Shown: positions 23,318 to 29,526 of the stretch, piece after piece
Layout of the letters: each line of letters starts with the position of its first letter
Numbering within the stretch: the stretch's first letter is position 1
NCBI GenBank assembly: GCA_002269645.1
Contig: NIVC01004982.1
Coordinates: 1-29,526, forward strand
Reading direction: 5' to 3'
From: Macrostomum lignano
Lineage: Eukaryota
Length of the DNA stretch: 29,526 bases
Translations under genes and position numbers: made by a program
Notes under the pieces: generated by a model
What the model was told of the DNA's origin: nothing
The model's database searches: none
What the model saw: only the letters and a program-made list of their open reading frames with translations

Positions 23318-24647
23318 TCAAGAATCCGGGAGCTTGTCCACCTCAATATTCTTGATTTTGTTGTTCTTCAACCAACCCTCGAAGTAGTAGCCTTCCTCAG
23401 TGACTCCTCTCTGCTGAAACCAGTCTTTGTCACCGCGCATATACTTCAGCGTAATTGCGCCAAAATCGGTTTGGCCTTTGGCAAATTTCTGTGAGAGTTG
23501 TGACGAAAGAAACCAGAATGAGCAGTGTAACAATTAAGCCAAATTACATATTACAATTACATTACTGTTGTGAATCGAACTGGCTGGATTGAAACGCTCT
23601 ACATTTGTCCGCCGTCACTGTCTATAGTCAAAACAAATTTCAGCCCTCCATCAGCCAGTCTACATCAATACGTATATCATAGAACTGCACTCGACCATAG
23701 ACAATAAAACCAATCAACTGTGGAAGCTCGCATCCAATCTGCACTCTCACAGACTGCAAGTTGAGGCTCTTCTCTGTGGTTTAAAGACAATCAAGTAGAG
23801 AATTTCAAAGCAAGTATTCCGACCACAGACCTTGATTTTTACACCTGGGGCCTATTTCATAAAGCACTTGTCGGACAAATTACAAGTGACAAGGGACAAT
23901 TCCACAAAATAATGCGTTTCATAAAAACAAGCTACAACTTGACAATCTACAAGTTACAAGTGACAAGTGATAAGCGAAATTTGACAAATTACAAGCGCTT
24001 CTTAAGGGGTTTCGTCCATAGAAATGCACAAAGCTGGATGCTTCTGTGTGAAAATACTTCCTCTTGTCTTGTGTTTTTGACAAGTCGCTGTGACACTTGT
24101 AGCTTTATTAAAACTGTGTATTAAAGTCCAAGAAAGGCCGTTTTTAAATCAAGTCTGTCTAAAACACAGATCCTAAAATTGTGGTAGGTGGTCTAAAGGC
24201 TGGATCAATTTTTTATGGTGTCTCAACCATAGACATAAAATTGAGTTATTTTTAACACGAGTATGGACCTATGTTGTCATTTGTCGACTTGTCACTTGTG
24301 ACTTGATAGCTTTTTTATGAAATAGGCCCCTGGTGCTAATTTCCAATGGAATTATCCACTTGATTTACTTTACTGCAATGCTACGAGCTCTGCTATACCC
24401 ATCCTCAGATGAATTTTTAGTTTACTCAAACTCGGTTCTAAACGTGGCACCGGAAAGTCACACGAAAGCTTACGGAGTTGCAGGCTTGGCACTCCATTAC
24501 GTATGAGTAATCGTACTGGAAAGGATCGTAGCAGCCGTCCTTCATCATGTAGAGTCGCACCTGATCCTCGGGATGAGAACATTTGGCTGACGGCGGCGGA
24601 CTTGGCTGAGAGTCTGACTTCATGCTGATCTGGTATTGGCGATACAT
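23318..24647 (-). CDS. Uncharacterised 114-aa protein, paralogue A (two coding exons)
   Basis: Exon 1 is 24647-24474 (MYRQYQ...KCSHPEDQVRLYMMKDGCYDPFQYDYSYVMECQACNS, donor GTAAG). Exon 2 is 23488-23318 (acceptor ...CTCTCACAG; KFAKGQTDFGAITLKYMRGDKDWFQQRGVTEEGYYFEGWLKNNKIKNIEVDKLPDS*). Phase 0. Coding status is supported by synonymous-type conservation with paralogue B. Confidence 0.8.
23848..24329. mobile_element. PIF/Harbinger-type MITE (482 bp) in the intron of paralogue A
   Basis: Perfect 16-bp TIR GGGCCTATTTCATAAA. 3-bp TSD CTG at 23845-23847 and 24330-24332. Subterminal ACAAGTGACAAG-type repeats on the left are inverted on the right. Confidence 0.8.
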
Positions 24648-25344
24648 TTTTGATGAGCCACGGTGAGAAAGTGCTGCAAAATGTCCAACTATGCTCTCGG
24701 TGCACTGCTGCCTGGACTATACAATGCTCTTATAAAGCTGCTACATTGCCTTCATCCAACAGATAGGCTATATGTATTCAAGTGTACTCTGGGCTAGATT
24801 TAGGAAACTGTACAGTAGGCAGGGCTGCGTAGACAACAATAAGGTTGGGGGGGGGTACAGTAGGCACTAGCCATCTACAGGTAGCTTTCTCAGGTGTCCA
24901 CCGCGCGTCCAATTACTTGCACTAAAAGCAGGGAGAGTGGAACCCACTTAAAGAGCTGTGTCTGGGTCCGAGTGTGCTAGAGGGGAAGATTTTGAAGAGC
25001 TCATAGTGCATCGGTGTTCTACGTAGTGTTCTGCGTAGGTGCTGATGGCAATTCGCCCGGCTGCTGTGTGCCATGCTGGCACGGCTGCAAGGCTGTGACT
25101 GCTCTTAAAGTGCTCTTTGGGCATCTATGAGCGCCCCGGGGGTCTTGTCTGGCTCGTGTATTTAGCGATCGATAAGCATCTTGGGGTGTAAAGTTATACC
25201 ACGTTAGATTGATTTTGCGCGCAAGATGATTGGCTGTTGGGTAAGAGGGTGTACATTGCACATGTGAAAGGACATGTTAGCAGTGAATAGCGATATATTT
25301 ATATTTCATCGAAACCAATCACAGCATTTATAACGCGGAGAAAT

Positions 25345-26547
25345 TCAAGACTCCGGCAGCTTATATACTTCATCGTAGTGGATTTTGTACTCCTCCAGCC
25401 AGGCCATGAAGAAGTAGTCATTGTTGGTGACGCCCCGCTGCTGGAACCAGTCCTGCTCGCCGCGAATCAGCCGCAGGTAAATGCCGCCGTTATCTGACGG
25501 GCCTCTGGCGAAAGTCTGCGCGAATTGACAGAAAGAGTGAGAGGGCTTGAGTCGGATTCAGGGACCGTAAGGAGTGCTTCATTTTAAGGGCGAATTATGA
25601 AAAATCAGCCGGTTTAACTACGAGCAGTTGAACCCACTTTATTAACTGCAGGACGGCAGGGCCCGAGCGGAAGCCAAATTTTCTTCAACTTCTTCAACAA
25701 CTGATGAGTGCCAGCTTCCTCTTATAGCTAAGTGTAGTTCTTGGTTGGAATCAAATTTGAGCACTTTTTTATACGTGGTTTGAGAGCTCCTAATTAAGCT
25801 AGCTGCTCAAATGGGGTGAACAGGACGTTGCCATGAATTTTATGGTGGGGAACAAGGCCAAGAATTCATAGCAAACATCTTTGTCCATGACAATTTTACT
25901 CGAATAAGGTGATTTATAAAACTGAAGAAGGAATTGATTCTTATTAAGAAAATGTGCTTTTTTTAATTGTTTTATATGAATATTTTTGCTCCTTGCCTAT
26001 CGCGCGCCCCGAAGGGGGCACTAGATTGCTAGTACGCTCGTACATGATTAAATTCATACATGTCCATCATTTTAAGAATCGGTGTTGTCAGTGATCATTT
26101 TGGCGCCGCAGGCACTCATTTTAGCGCCGCAGGCACTATATTTTGGCGCATTGAAGAAAAATTATTGATTTCCCCAACAAGTTACAAGGTGGAGTGGGGG
26201 GACAAAGCATTGACATGTCCCCCAATAACTTTTACTGGGGGGGGGGCATGCCCTCTGTTACCCCCCGGTGGCGACGCCCCTGGTGGTGAAAACATCCAAG
26301 CCTCCTGAATGTGTGTCCAGAGGTCCTCAAAGACCCGTCGCTGGCCCACAATAGCCTACTGAAAGTCTTACGGCTCTGCAGAGTTGGCACTCGGCCACAA
26401 ACGAGTAGTCATACTGGCCGTGATCATAGCAGCCATCCTGCACCATGTGGAACCGCACTCGATCCTCGGGATGGGAGCACTTTGTTGCTGGGGGGCTTGG
26501 CTCAGCTGCGGCAGAGGCTTCACGCTGTTCTGGTACTGCCGGTACAT
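25345..26547 (-). pseudogene. Paralogue B of the same family; exon 1 frameshifted (pseudogene or 1-nt sequencing error)
   Basis: Exon 1 (26547-26372) is 176 nt, one short of in-frame: MYRQYQNSVK, then a frameshift, then EPSPPATKCSHPEDRVRFHMVQDGCYDHGQYDYSFVAECQLCRA and donor GTAAG. Exon 2 (25515-25345) is 171 nt, the same as in A: TFARGPSDNGGIYLRLIRGEQDWFQQRGVTNNDYFFMAWLEEYKIHYDEVYKLPES*. Intron position and phase are identical to A. Confidence 0.7.
26090..26282. mobile_element. Truncated end of a hAT-like MITE in the intron of paralogue B
   Basis: Short TTTT[G/A]GCGCCGCAGGCACT repeats, then G10 and CCCCCCGGTGGCGACGCCCCTG, a CAG-type terminus resembling the 3135-3907 right end in layout. No partner TIR or TSD was found. 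Confidence 0.35.
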
Positions 26548-28210
26548 GGTCAGTGAGAAAAGTGTAAAATTATTGGGAGATCGGCAAGAATCAGCTCATG
26601 CACTGAGCCATTGAACGCACGGAGCTTTTTAGACCCCCCCCCATCTGCAGTGCTCACCCAGAGACAGGCAGTGTACTCAGCGCTTCTCAAGGCCAGATAA
26701 TGCACAATACTGTACATTGCTGGCTTTCGCACTCTGAGTTGGAACAGTAGAAGGGGTTGAAAGGAAAGCTCTTCTAGTAGCCATGGTAGCCACCTCCGAC
26801 TCAGCGGCCCCTCCAAGCTCTCCACTTAGTTCTGTCTGAGTTAAGATAATCCATGCAGTGCTTCATTATTTAGTCATAGAGAATTAATACATGTATATGT
26901 TAATTGACAGCCAACTGAATTTTCGTAAGCATTGTGACAGAGAGAAAAAAACAGAAAAAATACTTTTGGTTTTGCTGTCATCTGGCTGCCGAAGATGCAT
27001 AAAAATACCCATCTGCATCTGGCTCACTTTCAAATCGCATGCGCGACACAACGACACCTCCAAACAGCTACAGAATGTCCATCAGGAATAGACACGAAGA
27101 AAATAATTGAACCATATGGCTTATAAATATAATGACGTGTTGGGGGGTTGTCGCTGACTATTGACTGGCTTGCTATTAAACTTTGACTCACTTTGTGCGC
27201 TGCTTACCACGCCAAGCGTGCACCCCACCATGCGTACATTAATATGTACATAACGTACTTTCTACTCTAACTTTTAGCGATAACTCAAATATAGTTTTAT
27301 ACCATTTCGTATTTAAATAACTGAATCTAGCTTTTCTTCATTGTGATTTTCTTACTCAGCAAATATATCAGTTCGCTGCATTATCGTTCAAACTAAAATG
27401 AGTCTTGTCTGCGTCGCGTCATATAACTCTGGATATCAATTTTCATGTAGGCACGTGTACATGTGTAGAGCTACATGTAGTTACACAATCTGCTAATCAG
27501 GTTCACAGATTAGAACAACACTAGAATATATGTTGTTCTGTATCTGTGAGTTTAATCAAGATCTATGAGAAAATATTGCCTTCTCCGCTATTCAGCATGT
27601 AAAGTATGAAAATATTCGAAGAACGAAAATACACATGTACATGTCTGTAAATCCTGTACATGTCTGTTAAGTCTGATCCATTTCTAATTCATATCCTATG
27701 TATTCGGTAATTTAATAATATTACCATAATTTAGAAGATCTTCCAAAAACTTGACCAATTCTTTTAATGATTTTCCGTACGTTGAAATCAGCGAAAAACG
27801 CTGTCTGACTTTGAATTAAAAGTAAATCTGTACTTATTATTATTACTCGAGTTTAGAAGCAACCAATATTTATTTACCGCTTCTACGTAGTGCACACGGA
27901 CTACAAATTTTATATTGTTAGATTCTAAAGACCTGCCAGTGAATATGCAGGAAACATTCTGATGTAGATTTCCGATGTACGAGCTATTATGAGTCTCCGT
28001 TATAGCTGTCAACAACAGAACTCGGTAGGTCAGCGTCCAGGGAGAATTGATAATTGAATGCAAACACTCGGTGGGATGGTAGAAATTAAAGAAGAGTTCG
28101 GAATTCCTAGTACAAGTTATTCATATTCAATTTTCCATCCTACATATACTATTCCCAATTTTATAGTACTTAATTTAATCAATTTCCCATGATTTTAGAA
28201 AGAAAACATT

Positions 28211-28441
28211 TAGTGGGGCAACCAGACATTCGATGAGGCAGGATCTCGGTGTAAGGACCAATGTATAGATGTATAACCACTTTTACACTCTACAGTGGTC
28301 CTTGTTTCGGTGGTGGAAACCCTTAAATTAAAAGCGGGCTTGTACTCGTATTTTGGCGAAAATTCGCTTGCACTTTTTCCACGTCTCCAGCAAAAAGGAA
28401 CGGAGTGATCCATCAAACCCTGCTCCCTGGTTGCACCACTG
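28211..28441. mobile_element. 231-bp hAT-like MITE related to the 3135-3907 element, without the minisatellite
   Basis: TIRs TAGTGGGGCAACCAG and CTGGTTGCACCACTG. Degenerate 8-bp TSD AAAACATT/GTAACATT (6/8). It shares the 20-mer ATTTTGGCGAAAATTCGCTT (28350-28369) with 3798-3817. Confidence 0.7.
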
Positions 28442-29280
28442 GTAACATTCCAAATGAAATGCTAAACCAGCTCAGCTTGATAAGACTAATTAACACTGTA
28501 AACATTGTTCAATCGCCGTATGAACTTTTGAAATTTCATAGGAGGCCTGATTTCTAGAAAATATTAGTAAAAAGAATTAAGAAAAAAAGACTTTACACTT
28601 TTTAAATTATTTACAAATTCTAAATGGTATTTGTTTTATCTAATAAGCTAAAAGGGTTTATTTTAAACAATCAATTATTTTCTCTTTAATTCATATAATT
28701 GTTAGTGGCAGAGTAGTTCACAATTGAATATGATCATGATTGGCTGGCTGTTGTGAGCATTGTTATGATCCTAGCCACACCCCATCCATCCAATGATGAT
28801 CAACGTTTGGTTGGGTCTTTATCTTGTAATAATATTTTTAGATACACTCGTACTTTAAAAAAATGATTTCGTTATCTTTAATTTAGCTATTTTTAAGATA
28901 TACATTCCAGATATTTCCTTTTAATAATATATACACATGAATATTGACGTTGTATTTAATATTTTGTTGGCAGATGAAATGACTACATTGTATTTTTGTA
29001 GACAAGAGTAGCAGAGCAGATGAACTGGCAACAGACAAAATGACTGTCAACCTCTTTGGCCAGCTATAAAAATTAGTATTTGGGTTGTATCTATGGCTAC
29101 GCTATAAAAATAACTGTTAGGCCTATCTTACCTAATGAAAATTATACCAAGGCCAAGAAGTGTCCTAGAGTCACTTGCATTGCTCTAGAGTCATTTCAGA
29201 TGCATTTCAGATTACAGAGGTTAAATAGAAAAGAAATTATTTTAAATGAACTAAATGATAAGATATCATAATGGCAGTGC

Positions 29281-29446
29281 TTATCCCCACAGTACCGTAG
29301 GAATAATTTCTGTCTTATTCCAATGGTACCGTGGGAATAATTTTCTGCTTATCTGCACGGCACACTGACGAGATAGCTGCCCCATCTTCTACATATGCCG
29401 TGGGGATAATTTTCTGCTTATCCGCACGGCACACTAACAAGATAGG
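29281..29446. repeat. Array of three imperfect palindromes (12-bp arms, 8-bp spacer) with a ~69-bp direct duplication
   Basis: CCGTAGGAATAA-TTTCTGTC-TTATTCCAATGG (29295), CCGTGGGAATAA-TTTTCTGC-TTATCTGCACGG (29329) and CCGTGGGGATAA-TTTTCTGC-TTATCCGCACGG (29398). Confidence 0.75.
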
Positions 29447-29526
29447 GCGAATTGTTGAAGCAATGCAATAATCTATACAAACAAATAGCTAATTTACATG
29501 TCTAGTAGAAGTCTACAACAGAAGCG

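Noticed and set aside
27440-27670. Cluster of TACATGT/GTACATG palindromic motifs (also 2626-2643)
   Set aside because: Short and irregular; similar TACATGTA enrichment is common background in several marine invertebrate genomes.

Overview
Eukaryotic (invertebrate animal) genomic DNA with spliceosomal GT-AG introns, GC-rich exons, no obvious CpG depletion and many tandem repeats. The style is reminiscent of a flatworm such as Macrostomum, but the species cannot be established from the sequence. Four spliced genes can be assembled by hand: (1) a DUSP8/16 (puckered/MKP7-type) MAP-kinase phosphatase, + strand, 12296-16923; (2) a 456-aa synaptotagmin-like protein (TM + two C2 domains) lacking the Ca2+-binding aspartates, + strand, 19461-22526; (3,4) two tandem paralogues of an unrecognised ~114-aa protein with a C-x-H...C-x2-C pattern, - strand, 23318-24647 and 25345-26547, the second carrying a 1-nt frameshift. 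Non-autonomous DNA transposons include two related hAT-like elements (one filled with a 20-copy minisatellite) and a Harbinger MITE with a CTG target duplication. The strongest unexplained signal is 22 perfect AP-1 sites (TGA[C/G]TCA) between 4193 and 18106, around the phosphatase gene, against 1 in the remaining ~15.6 kb. This suggests a large JNK/AP-1 feedback enhancer domain. Most long ORFs in the supplied track are artefacts of tandem repeats or of GC-rich antisense frames. All counts and splice models were made by eye and need computational confirmation.
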